Shown here: positions 40,689 to 48,925 of the stretch, in pieces
Layout: each line of letters opens with the position of its first letter
How positions within the stretch are numbered: the stretch's first letter is position 1
Origin: an uncultured Bacilli bacterium
Lineage (GTDB): Bacteria > Bacillota_I > Bacilli_A > RF39 > UBA660
Direction of reading: 5' to 3'
NCBI GenBank assembly: GCA_934099115.1
Contig: CAKOPK010000003.1
Coordinates: 24,409 to 88,408, forward strand
Length of the DNA: 64,000 nt
Position numbers and translations under genes: made by a program
The notes under the pieces: generated by a model
The model's input: only the letters and a program-made list of their open reading frames with translations
Told to the model about the DNA's origin: nothing
The model's database searches: none

Positions 40689-41454
40689 TTGCCTCATCAC
40701 CACTAATTGCATTTGCCTTATTTTTTTCTTTTTCTTGTTGAAAACCATACTTTTCTATTTTTTGAATTAAGTCTTTTTTACCGTTTTCCACAATATGACC
40801 TTGTTCTAAAACATGGACAATATAATCATCAAAATACTTTAAAATATCAGCATGATGTGTAATAATTAAAATAGAAGGATGATATAATTCATAATACTTT
40901 TTTAAAGAATTTCCCACTACTTTTATAGCATCTATATCAAGTCCGGAATCTATTTCATCTAAAATAATAAACTTAGGTTCTAACATAAATAGTTGTAATA
41001 ACTCATTTTTTTTCTTTTCTCCCCCACTCATATTAAAATTAATATCTCTATGAACATAAGGCTTTGGTAAATCAATAATCTCGCAAACTTGATTTAATTT
41101 TTTATTAAACTCAAAAATATCTATTTTCTTTCCTTCTCTTTCGCTTAAAGCATTTCTAAGCATTTCTGCATTACTAATTCCTTCTATTTCTGTAGGATTT
41201 TGGGAAAGTAAAAATACTCCAGCTCGTCCAATCTCTGTAGTTGTCATATTAGATAAAGATAATCCATTCCAATTAACATCACCTTTTATAATCTGATAAT
41301 CAGGATGTTTTAATAATACTTTACAAATAGTACTTTTTCCAACTCCATTAGGACCCATTAAAACATGAATTTCTCCATCATTTATTGTTAAATTAAAATC
41401 TTTTAAGATTTCTTTATTAGCAGCTTTCACTGTTATATTATTAATTTGTAACAT
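40681..41454 (-). CDS. sufC: Fe-S cluster assembly ATPase SufC
   Basis: Walker A GPNGVGKST, signature MSGGEKKK, Walker B IILDEIDSGLD. Confidence 0.9.
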   Translation of the reverse strand: MLQINNITVKAANKEILKDFNLTINDGEIHVLMGPNGVGKSTICKVLLKHPDYQIIKGDVNWNGLSLSNMTTTEIGRAGVFLLSQNPTEIEGISNAEMLRNALSEREGKKIDIFEFNKKLNQVCEIIDLPKPYVHRDINFNMSGGEKKKNELLQLFMLEPKFIILDEIDSGLDIDAIKVVGNSLKKYYELYHPSILIITHHADILKYFDDYIVHVLEQGHIVENGKKDLIQKIEKYGFQQEKEKNKANAISGDEANE

Positions 41455-41471
41455 TTTTCTTCACCGTCCTT

Positions 41472-41500
41472 ATTTTAGCACAATATAATTTTGTTTACAA
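41472..41500 (-). promoter_or_regulatory. promoter of the suf operon
   Basis: Minus strand TTGTAA (41500-41495), 17-nt spacer, TAAAAT (41477-41472). The palindrome ACAAT-AAA-ATTGT (41497-41509) overlaps the -35. Confidence 0.45.
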
Positions 41501-41544
41501 TAAAATTGTTATGTTCCTTTCACCTGTTAAGACAAAATAAAAAA

Positions 41545-42351
41545 CTACAATATTTTATGTAGTCTTCTTTGTAATTTTTTTATCTCCATATTTAAATCTA
41601 GTCCATCTGTTAAATTTTTAATCGTATATTCTCCATTTTTTAGTGAAAGAATAGTACCATTTAATATGGTATTTATCTCATAACTAGTAATTTTACCATC
41701 CTCTAATTCCACTTGGTCCATTAAAATATTTTTATCCATAATTTGAATACAAGTTTTACACTTTTTTTTATCATATTCTGACTGTTTAGGATAAAGTATT
41801 TTTCTATAAAAACGAATTAATTCTATCATCGAAGCAGATTTTTTTATAGATTGAAATATAAATGGTTCTAAATCTTCATCTAAATCTATAGGAACTTTAA
41901 AAATAAATTTTCGCTCAGGATAAAATACAAATTCTAAAACCATTTCATGAGAATAAAACTTCTCTATAATTCCTCTAGTATCATTTCTATAAGTAATTTC
42001 GTACATATTAACATGATAATTATGATTATCCCAAACAGGTTCTATCATCAATCCTACAACTAAATACTCACTTTCTAATACTATATAATCATGCACCATT
42101 TTTAATAAATATTTTTTATTATTATAAGTAATTTCAAAATAATTAATAGAGTCTACTTGCTTCAAAAAGCGAATATAAAAACAGGGAATAGAGAGAACTT
42201 TATATAAAAAATGTTTTAAAATAATCATATTTTCTTGATAAGAAAAAATTTTACTACTTGTTTCCAAATCATTTTTATAAAGCTTTAATTTACTCATTCT
42301 AGCATTATCGTTTTTTTTAAATTCATAACTTTTATTCATAAGTATTCCCAC
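41545..42351 (-). CDS. hypothetical protein (268 aa)
   Basis: ORF only. No motif recognised. Confidence 0.45.
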   Translation of the reverse strand: MGILMNKSYEFKKNDNARMSKLKLYKNDLETSSKIFSYQENMIILKHFLYKVLSIPCFYIRFLKQVDSINYFEITYNNKKYLLKMVHDYIVLESEYLVVGLMIEPVWDNHNYHVNMYEITYRNDTRGIIEKFYSHEMVLEFVFYPERKFIFKVPIDLDEDLEPFIFQSIKKSASMIELIRFYRKILYPKQSEYDKKKCKTCIQIMDKNILMDQVELEDGKITSYEINTILNGTILSLKNGEYTIKNLTDGLDLNMEIKKLQRRLHKIL

Positions 42352-42426
42352 TTCTTTTTGCTCTATAGTTTATCACAAGAACTTTAAATAGTCAATTTTC
42401 TTTCAACAAAAAAAATTACAAAACAA

Positions 42427-42849
42427 TTACTTATTGCTTTGTAACATATTTAATAAATCAATTTTAAATTTGTCTTTTGATGCATTTGCTTTAGAAATCA
42501 TAATTCCTTTATAAGTAGTAAGTTCACTCATATGTCCTTCTAAAAGAATCTCTGTAGGTGTTATTGTTTCTAACATTACAGTTCCTTCATTTTTATATAC
42601 TGTATAATAAAGTTTTACTTCACCATGAACAGCAGCAAACATCTTATCACTTGGTAAACGAAGTTCATATTTTTCTGTGTTATTTTGTTTATTAGAACTA
42701 ACTAATTCTCCTACAAAACTACCATTTCTTAAAGCTGGATAATAATCAAAGTTAAGCTTTTTAAAAGCTAACATATTATACTTTTTTAAAGCTCTTTCTA
42801 ATTTTTTAAATTCATTTTCGTTAATATAATCTAAAACGTATCCTTTCAT
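42427..42849 (-). CDS. hypothetical protein (140 aa)
   Basis: AGGGGG SD 7 nt before ATG 42849 (ORF track extends to 42891). No family recognised. Confidence 0.45.
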   Translation of the reverse strand: MKGYVLDYINENEFKKLERALKKYNMLAFKKLNFDYYPALRNGSFVGELVSSNKQNNTEKYELRLPSDKMFAAVHGEVKLYYTVYKNEGTVMLETITPTEILLEGHMSELTTYKGIMISKANASKDKFKIDLLNMLQSNK

Positions 42850-43071
42850 AATATAACCCCCTATTTCAATTACAATTAGATTATAGCACATTTTTAATAA
42901 ATTGTCAAATTGAGGATCTTTATGTTATCTACTTCTATTGTCATATCAAAATGAATACCTAATACTTTATATATCTCTTCAACTTCTTTATTTTTTTCTA
43001 CTAAATCTATTAAAAAAGATAAAACTTTTACTCTAGATATATCAAATTTTTATCTTCAAAATTATAGTAAC

Positions 43072-43332
43072 TTAAACCACCCAAGTTTTAATTTTTAATT
43101 TTACAATAGTCTCCCCTGGATTCCAAATATTAACGCGAAAAGAATCCACATTTTTATTAGCTTTTAACAACTCATGCACTCTATTTCTTAAAATATTAGA
43201 ACTTCTTCCATGAATGACTGCAATAAATTCATTCCCTAATTTTACATTATCCCTGATAAAGTCTTCTAAAGGGAATACTACCGTATCCCTAGTTTCACCA
43301 TGCAAATTAATTGTTGGATAACCATGAGGCAT
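43072..43332 (-). CDS. stand-alone Smr-domain protein
   Basis: 86 aa. INLHGETRD...AVIHGRSSNILRNRVHELL fits the Smr (MutS2 C-terminal) LDLHG...HGKG pattern. Its ATG directly abuts the upstream kinase stop (TAAATG). Confidence 0.7.
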   Translation of the reverse strand: MPHGYPTINLHGETRDTVVFPLEDFIRDNVKLGNEFIAVIHGRSSNILRNRVHELLKANKNVDSFRVNIWNPGETIVKLKIKTWVV

Positions 43333-44409
43333 TTATTTATTATCTCCATTTACATTGGGAATAGAAGCCCCACCAATTTGAAAGAAACTCTCTCCTAGAT
43401 TTTCTTCTTTTACTGGCATCTTAAACGTTGCAGCATCTGGAATATCTGGTAAAGCATCTACTGGTTTTACTTCCACCTTTTTTTCGGGTTCAGGTTCTGG
43501 AATATTAAAACGAGAATTATAATAACTAATAACTTCTTTTATAGTTGGAATAGATGTTCTTCCTCCCATATGACCTACAGATAAACCTGCAGCAATATTA
43601 GCATAAGTAATTGCTTTCTCAATATCAAATTTATTAGCTATTGCATATACAAAAGCTCCATGAAAGATATCTCCAGCACAACTTGGGTCTACAACCTTAG
43701 TTTTAATACCAGGCATGACTCTTATTTCACCATTTATAGTATATAAAGCTCCCATATCTTCTAAAGTTACAATAATTTCATTATTAGGATATTTATCATT
43801 TAATTTTTTATATAAATTAACAACACTTAAAGAATTATTAAAATCAAACTTCATTCCACTTACTGCTTCTGCGAATCCTTTAGAACAAACAATATATTTT
43901 ACATATTTACATAACTCTAATAAATCTCTATTTACTCTTCCTGCATCTACTATACTAATAGCATTAGGATATTTATTTAAAGCATTTATAGTAGCACTAT
44001 ATTCTTTTCCATCCGAAAATATAATATCAGGTGTAATATTATACTCATACTTTTTTAAGTTAGGTTGACTAGAACCCACAACATCAAATCTTGTTCTAGT
44101 ACCATTCTTCTTATTAACTAAAATAACAGATATTGGAGTTCCTACTTCGTAAGAATATTCCATAAATTCTGTTTTTACCATTGCTTGTTCTAATTCTTTT
44201 TTACATTTACTTCCATAATCATCAGAGCCAACTACACCAGCAAAATAAGAAATTTCTCCCCATTTGCTTAATAAATATGCAACGTTAGCAGCGGTTCCTC
44301 CTCCGGATTCTATTTTATCATTAAGTAAGTATTTAGTCCCCTCAACTGGATATTCTTCAACTGGACAAGTTATATCAAAACTAGTTCTACCAATATTTAA
44401 TACTGTCAT
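43333..44409 (-). CDS. PfkB-family carbohydrate/nucleoside kinase with a Pro/Glu-rich C-terminal extension
   Basis: GGGTAANVA near the N-terminus and DPSCAGDIFHGAF (the PfkB DTxGAGD-type motif). About 60 extra residues follow (PEPEPEKKVEVKPVDALPDIP...). Confidence 0.8.
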   Translation of the reverse strand: MTVLNIGRTSFDITCPVEEYPVEGTKYLLNDKIESGGGTAANVAYLLSKWGEISYFAGVVGSDDYGSKCKKELEQAMVKTEFMEYSYEVGTPISVILVNKKNGTRTRFDVVGSSQPNLKKYEYNITPDIIFSDGKEYSATINALNKYPNAISIVDAGRVNRDLLELCKYVKYIVCSKGFAEAVSGMKFDFNNSLSVVNLYKKLNDKYPNNEIIVTLEDMGALYTINGEIRVMPGIKTKVVDPSCAGDIFHGAFVYAIANKFDIEKAITYANIAAGLSVGHMGGRTSIPTIKEVISYYNSRFNIPEPEPEKKVEVKPVDALPDIPDAATFKMPVKEENLGESFFQIGGASIPNVNGDNK

Positions 44410-44449
44410 ATGAATTCACCTTATTCTTTCTAATTTATAATATCATATT

Positions 44450-44486
44450 TTTTAATAAAAATAAAGACTATTCTAAGATAGCCTTT
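44450..44486 (-). terminator. intrinsic terminator of alaS
   Basis: Minus strand ATAAAGGCTAT-CTTAGA-ATAGTCTTTAT followed by TTTTATT. Overlaps the alaS stop. Confidence 0.55.
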
Positions 44487-46219
44487 ATTCTTCTTACTCC
44501 GGCACTACTTGCTTCTTCTTTTATAATTTTAAATGTTCCTAAAAGAGCAGTATTGGTAACATGAGGGCCACCACAAATTTCTTTTGACACAGTTCCAATA
44601 CTATACACATTTACAATATCAGCATATTTTTCAATAAACATAGCTTCTGCTCCACTCTTAATTGCCTCTTCTTTACTCATAGTCTCCATAGTAACAGGTA
44701 AATCTTCTTTTATCCATTGATTTACTAAATCTTCCACTTGCTGTTTTTCCAACTCTGTTAATTTGTGGTCACAAGAGAAATCAAAGCGCATACGTTCACT
44801 AGTAATATTACTTCCTTTTTGATGCACAGTAGATCCAATAACAACTTTTAAAGCTGCATTTAATAAATGAGTTGCCGTATGATATTTTATTTCCATTTCT
44901 CCTTGAGAAGCTAAACCTCCCTTAAATTTACCTGCACTAGCAGTTCTCGATAATTCTTGATGAGCTTTAAATTTTTCTTTAAATCCATCCACATCAACTG
45001 TCATATTATGCTCTAAAGCCATTTCCTCAGTAAGTTCTATTGGGAAACCATACGTATCATATAATTTAAATGCTTGATCTTTATTAATTCTACCATCTTC
45101 TACATGATTTAATAATTTATCAAATTCTTTTAATCCTTTTAAAAGAGTACGATTAAATTTAATATTTTCATTCTTTAATACTTCTAAAACTACTTCTTTG
45201 TTTTCTTTTATTTCTGGATAATAATTTTCATATTTTTGAATAACTTTCTTAGCAACATCAAGCATCCAATCGCTATCTGTATTAATATCTAATTTTTTAG
45301 CATGGCGAATTGCTCTTCGAATTAATCTTCTTAAAATATATCCTTGATCTGTATTACTTGGTTTAATACCTGCAGGATCTGCACTTATAAAAACACTTGT
45401 TCTAATATGGTCAGCAATAATACGCATACTTTTTTCATTACCCTGATATTTCTTACCACTAACATTCTCAATTTCTTCTAAAATTTCTTTCCAAATAGAC
45501 GTTAAATAGTTATCCTCTACACCTTCTAAAACTGCAACAATTCTTTCAAGGCCCATACCAGTGTCAACATTTTTTCTTGGTAATTCACTAATTTTTCCAT
45601 CAGCATCTTTAAAAAACTCCATAAAAACATTATTCCAAATTTCTACCCAGCGTTCATCTTTTGGGTCAAACACTTCTGGTATTTCATCATTACTTCTAAA
45701 ATAAAATATTTCTGTATCTCCTCCACAAGGTCCAGATTCACCTGCTATCCAAAAATTATCCTCTACACCTAAATAAGCAATTCTAGATTCTTTAATACCT
45801 AATTCTTTCCAACGATTAGCAGCAGTCTCATCTCTTGGAATATCTTCTGTTCCTTCAAAAACTGTAACCGCTAATCTCTCAACTGGAATATTTAATACTT
45901 TAGTTAAAAATTCAAAACTAAAGCCAATACTCTCTTTTTTAAAGTAATCTCCTAAACTCCAATTGCCTAACATTTCAAAGAATGTATGATGAGTTTTATC
46001 GCCAATTTCATCTAAATCTGTTAAACGAACGCATTTTTGATAATCACACAATCTTTTTCCCTCTGGATGGGGTTTTCCTAATAAATATGGAATTAAAGGT
46101 TGCATTCCTGCTGTATTAAATAATACAGATGGGTCATTCTCTGGTATTAAAGGAGCACTAGGTATTTGCACATGACCATGTTCTACAAAATATTTTATAA
46201 ATTCATCTTTTAAATTCAT
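44468..46219 (-). CDS. alaS: alanyl-tRNA synthetase, compact form (583 aa)
   Basis: HHTFFEMLGNWSLGDYFK, DTGMGLERI, and the editing-domain zinc motifs HTATHLL and CGGPHV. Ends right after the editing domain. Confidence 0.9.
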   Translation of the reverse strand: MNLKDEFIKYFVEHGHVQIPSAPLIPENDPSVLFNTAGMQPLIPYLLGKPHPEGKRLCDYQKCVRLTDLDEIGDKTHHTFFEMLGNWSLGDYFKKESIGFSFEFLTKVLNIPVERLAVTVFEGTEDIPRDETAANRWKELGIKESRIAYLGVEDNFWIAGESGPCGGDTEIFYFRSNDEIPEVFDPKDERWVEIWNNVFMEFFKDADGKISELPRKNVDTGMGLERIVAVLEGVEDNYLTSIWKEILEEIENVSGKKYQGNEKSMRIIADHIRTSVFISADPAGIKPSNTDQGYILRRLIRRAIRHAKKLDINTDSDWMLDVAKKVIQKYENYYPEIKENKEVVLEVLKNENIKFNRTLLKGLKEFDKLLNHVEDGRINKDQAFKLYDTYGFPIELTEEMALEHNMTVDVDGFKEKFKAHQELSRTASAGKFKGGLASQGEMEIKYHTATHLLNAALKVVIGSTVHQKGSNITSERMRFDFSCDHKLTELEKQQVEDLVNQWIKEDLPVTMETMSKEEAIKSGAEAMFIEKYADIVNVYSIGTVSKEICGGPHVTNTALLGTFKIIKEEASSAGVRRIKAILE

Positions 46220-46749
46220 TACTTCTCACTCTTTTCTATAAATTCAACAACGCGGTTATCTAAAACATTTAAATTATCATTTGTTATAGTAACATCAAAA
46301 TAAGGATAATTTTCCAATGCTGTCTCAGTCGGATGCATTTGTTCTTGAAGAGTTAATGGACTTTTACCAAATTGATTAATGATATACATTGTATGAACAT
46401 CCGAAAAGTTTTTCTTAATTTCTTCTATTTCAATTGGCAAACGCACATCATTTATAACAACTACATCAAAATATAAACGATATATTTGTAAATCTTCTAT
46501 CATTCGATTAATTAAAAATAATGGTTTTTCCATATTATCGCGAATAGTAACACCTAAATCTTGTAAAAACTTCCTTGGTTTAGGATTAGACCCATCCCAA
46601 TCTAATACTTCACAAGCATATAATTTTAAATACTTACTAAATTCTGTAATAATAACTTTCTTATTATTAGATAAATAATATTCTTTGATTATTTTGGCAA
46701 CTTCTCCCTTGCCACTTCCTGCTTTCCCAGCGACTAAATAAATTTTCAA
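46219..46749 (-). CDS. P-loop NTPase (nucleotide-kinase-like)
   Basis: 176 aa with Walker A AGKAGSGKG. Its stop overlaps the alaS start (TAATG). Confidence 0.5.
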   Translation of the reverse strand: MKIYLVAGKAGSGKGEVAKIIKEYYLSNNKKVIITEFSKYLKLYACEVLDWDGSNPKPRKFLQDLGVTIRDNMEKPLFLINRMIEDLQIYRLYFDVVVINDVRLPIEIEEIKKNFSDVHTMYIINQFGKSPLTLQEQMHPTETALENYPYFDVTITNDNLNVLDNRVVEFIEKSEK

Positions 46750-46789
46750 AATCCATCACCTAAGAAAGATTATACCATTATTATTGTTA

Positions 46790-46812
46790 AAAAAAAAGAA
46801 GGAAACCTTCTA
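46790..46812 (-). terminator. intrinsic terminator of htpG
   Basis: Minus strand AGAAGG-TTT-CCTTCT followed by TTTTTTTTT. Confidence 0.6.
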
Positions 46813-48687
46813 TTTTGCTAAGTATTTGCAAATTAAATTACTAATTAAAGTTGGGTCTGGAATATCTAAGCCTTCAATTAAACAAGCTTCTGCATATAAA
46901 ACCTTTGTATAATCTTGTAATTCTTCTAAATTCGTTTCATATAAAAGTTTTAATTTATCTGCGATTGGATGATTCTCATTGATTTCTAAAACTTTTTCTG
47001 CTTTTAAGCTATTATCACCAGGAATTTGTTTAAAAGCCTTCTCCATCTCTAAAGTAATACTTCCTGTACTAGATAAACATACTGGATGATTTTTTAATTC
47101 ATCTGTAAATTTTATTTCTTTAACATCAGGAATATATTCTAACATTTTAGCAAACATATCTTTAGCTTCTTCGTTTTTCTTTTTTAATTCTTCTGTTTCT
47201 GTATTAGAATTAGCTTCTGCATTAATATTTGTTATAGCATATCCTTCATATTCATTTAACATTTTAAGGGTAAATTCATCAATTTGATCCACACAGAATA
47301 AAATTTCATATTTATCTTTTAAAGCTTCTACTTTAGGCATGGTGCTTATCTTAGAAATAGACTCACCGCAAGCATAATAAATAGACTTTTGTTCATCTTT
47401 CATACGACTTACATATTCTTTTAAAGTAGTATATTTTCCATCATTAGAAGAATAAAACATAACAAGCTCTTGTAATTTTTCTTTATTCATTCCATAATTT
47501 TCATACATACCATATTTTAATTGTAAACCGAATGCTTGAAAGAATTTTTCATAATCCTCTCTTTTATTATCTCTTAGTTCTTCCAATTCTTTCTTAATTC
47601 TTGTCTCTAAAGATTTAGCAATGGTCTTTAAAACCCTATCTTGTTGTAAAGTTTCACGAGAAATATTTAATGATAAATCAGGACTATCAACTACACCCTT
47701 AACAAAAGAATAATAGTCTGGCAAAAGTTCACTGCATTTATCCATAATTAAAACTCCATTAGAATATAATTGTAAACCTTTTTCATACTCTTTTGTATAA
47801 TAATCATAAGGTGCTTGAGATGGAATATATAATAGCGAATTGTAACTTATTGCGCCCTCTACAGCATTATGTATATGAGCCATAGGAGTATCATAAAGAG
47901 AAAACTTATCTTGATAAAAAGTATTATATTCTTCTTCTGTTATTTTAGATTTATTACGTTTCCAAATGGGTACTAAACTATTAATAGTTTCTGTTTCTCT
48001 TACGGTTTCATATTCATCTTTATCATTTTCATTCTTTTTATCTTTTAAATGAGTATGTTCCACTTCCATTTTAATTGGATAAGTAATATAATCGCTATAT
48101 TTGCGAATTAACTCTTGAATTGTATAACTATCTAAGAAACGATCAAAATTCTCTTCAACATCTTCTTTAATAGTTAAAATAACATCCGTACCATAAGACT
48201 CTTTTTTAGCCTCACTTACAGTATAACCATCAACTCCAGTTGAAGTCCATTTATAGGCAACATCACTACCATATTTTTTAGATAAAACTTCTACTTTACT
48301 AGCTACCATAAATGATGAATAAAATCCAACTCCAAATTGTCCAATAATATCTATATCTTTTTTATATTCAAATTCTTTTTTAAAATCTTGAGAGCCACTT
48401 TTAGCAATAGTTCCTAAGTTATTTTCCAATTCTTCTTTAGACATACCGATACCATTATCGCTAACGGTTAAAGTACGATTTTCTTTATCAATACTTATAG
48501 AAATAGCAAATTCTTTTTTATTAACTTTGATATTTGCATCCGTTAAAGAATTGTAATGTAATTTATCAATTGCATCACTAGCATTTGAAATTAACTCCCT
48601 TAAAAATATTTCTTTATTCGTATAAATAGAATTAATCATTAAATCCATCAATTTCTTAGATTCTGCTTTAAATTCCTTTTTCTTCAT
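46810..48687 (-). CDS. htpG: molecular chaperone HtpG (Hsp90)
   Basis: 625 aa with the ELISNASDA and GQFGVGFYS GHKL ATPase motifs. Confidence 0.95.
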   Translation of the reverse strand: MKKKEFKAESKKLMDLMINSIYTNKEIFLRELISNASDAIDKLHYNSLTDANIKVNKKEFAISISIDKENRTLTVSDNGIGMSKEELENNLGTIAKSGSQDFKKEFEYKKDIDIIGQFGVGFYSSFMVASKVEVLSKKYGSDVAYKWTSTGVDGYTVSEAKKESYGTDVILTIKEDVEENFDRFLDSYTIQELIRKYSDYITYPIKMEVEHTHLKDKKNENDKDEYETVRETETINSLVPIWKRNKSKITEEEYNTFYQDKFSLYDTPMAHIHNAVEGAISYNSLLYIPSQAPYDYYTKEYEKGLQLYSNGVLIMDKCSELLPDYYSFVKGVVDSPDLSLNISRETLQQDRVLKTIAKSLETRIKKELEELRDNKREDYEKFFQAFGLQLKYGMYENYGMNKEKLQELVMFYSSNDGKYTTLKEYVSRMKDEQKSIYYACGESISKISTMPKVEALKDKYEILFCVDQIDEFTLKMLNEYEGYAITNINAEANSNTETEELKKKNEEAKDMFAKMLEYIPDVKEIKFTDELKNHPVCLSSTGSITLEMEKAFKQIPGDNSLKAEKVLEINENHPIADKLKLLYETNLEELQDYTKVLYAEACLIEGLDIPDPTLISNLICKYLAK

Positions 48688-48734
48688 TATATGATCACTC
48701 TTTCTAGCAGCTTCATTCTATAACTGCTAAATAT

Positions 48735-48763
48735 AATATAACTCTAAAAATAGCACTTGTCAA
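48735..48763 (-). promoter_or_regulatory. sigma-A-type promoter of htpG
   Basis: Minus strand TTGACA (48763-48758), 17-nt spacer, TATATT (48740-48735). Confidence 0.5.
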
Positions 48764-48776
48764 CAGTAAGTGCTAA
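48750..48776 (-). promoter_or_regulatory. CIRCE-like inverted repeat (putative HrcA operator) overlapping the htpG -35
   Basis: Minus strand TTAGCACTT-ACTGTTGAC-AAGTGCTAT versus the CIRCE consensus TTAGCACTC-N9-GAGTGCTAA, with an exact 9-nt spacer. Confidence 0.55.
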
Positions 48777-48787
48777 AAAATAACAAA

Positions 48788-48810
48788 TTAAAAATAGTCC
48801 GAAGACTATT
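48788..48810 (-). terminator. intrinsic terminator of infC-rpmI-rplT
   Basis: Minus strand AATAGTC-TTCG-GACTATT followed by TTTAATTT. Overlaps the rplT stop. Confidence 0.55.
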
Positions 48811-48925
48811 TTAAATTACCGATTAATTCATCTTTTTTCATTGTAGAATAACCCTTAACGCCTTGTTCTTTAGCAATAGCTTTAAGTTCTGTTAAAGTCA
48901 TTTTACTATAATCTTTTTCTTCTTT
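48806..48925 (-). repeat. copy A of the shared rplT/rpsB 3'-end module
   Basis: A 96-nt core (about 48827-48922) differs at 4 positions from about 57953-58048. Confidence 0.85.

Noticed and set aside
40689-40748. N-terminal extension of the SufD-like ORF (MVFNKKKKKIRQ...). A similar extension of the yqeY-like ORF at 50732-50797 was also examined.
   Set aside because: These extensions overlap the 3' ends of sufC and rpsU by 50-68 nt. Internal ATGs give the conserved N-termini and classic stop/start overlaps.
42892-43071. A roughly 50-codon open frame on the minus strand, considered as a gene.
   Set aside because: It has no ATG, GTG or TTG start after the in-frame TAA, and no SD. It is treated as a possible decayed remnant and reported only as a finding.
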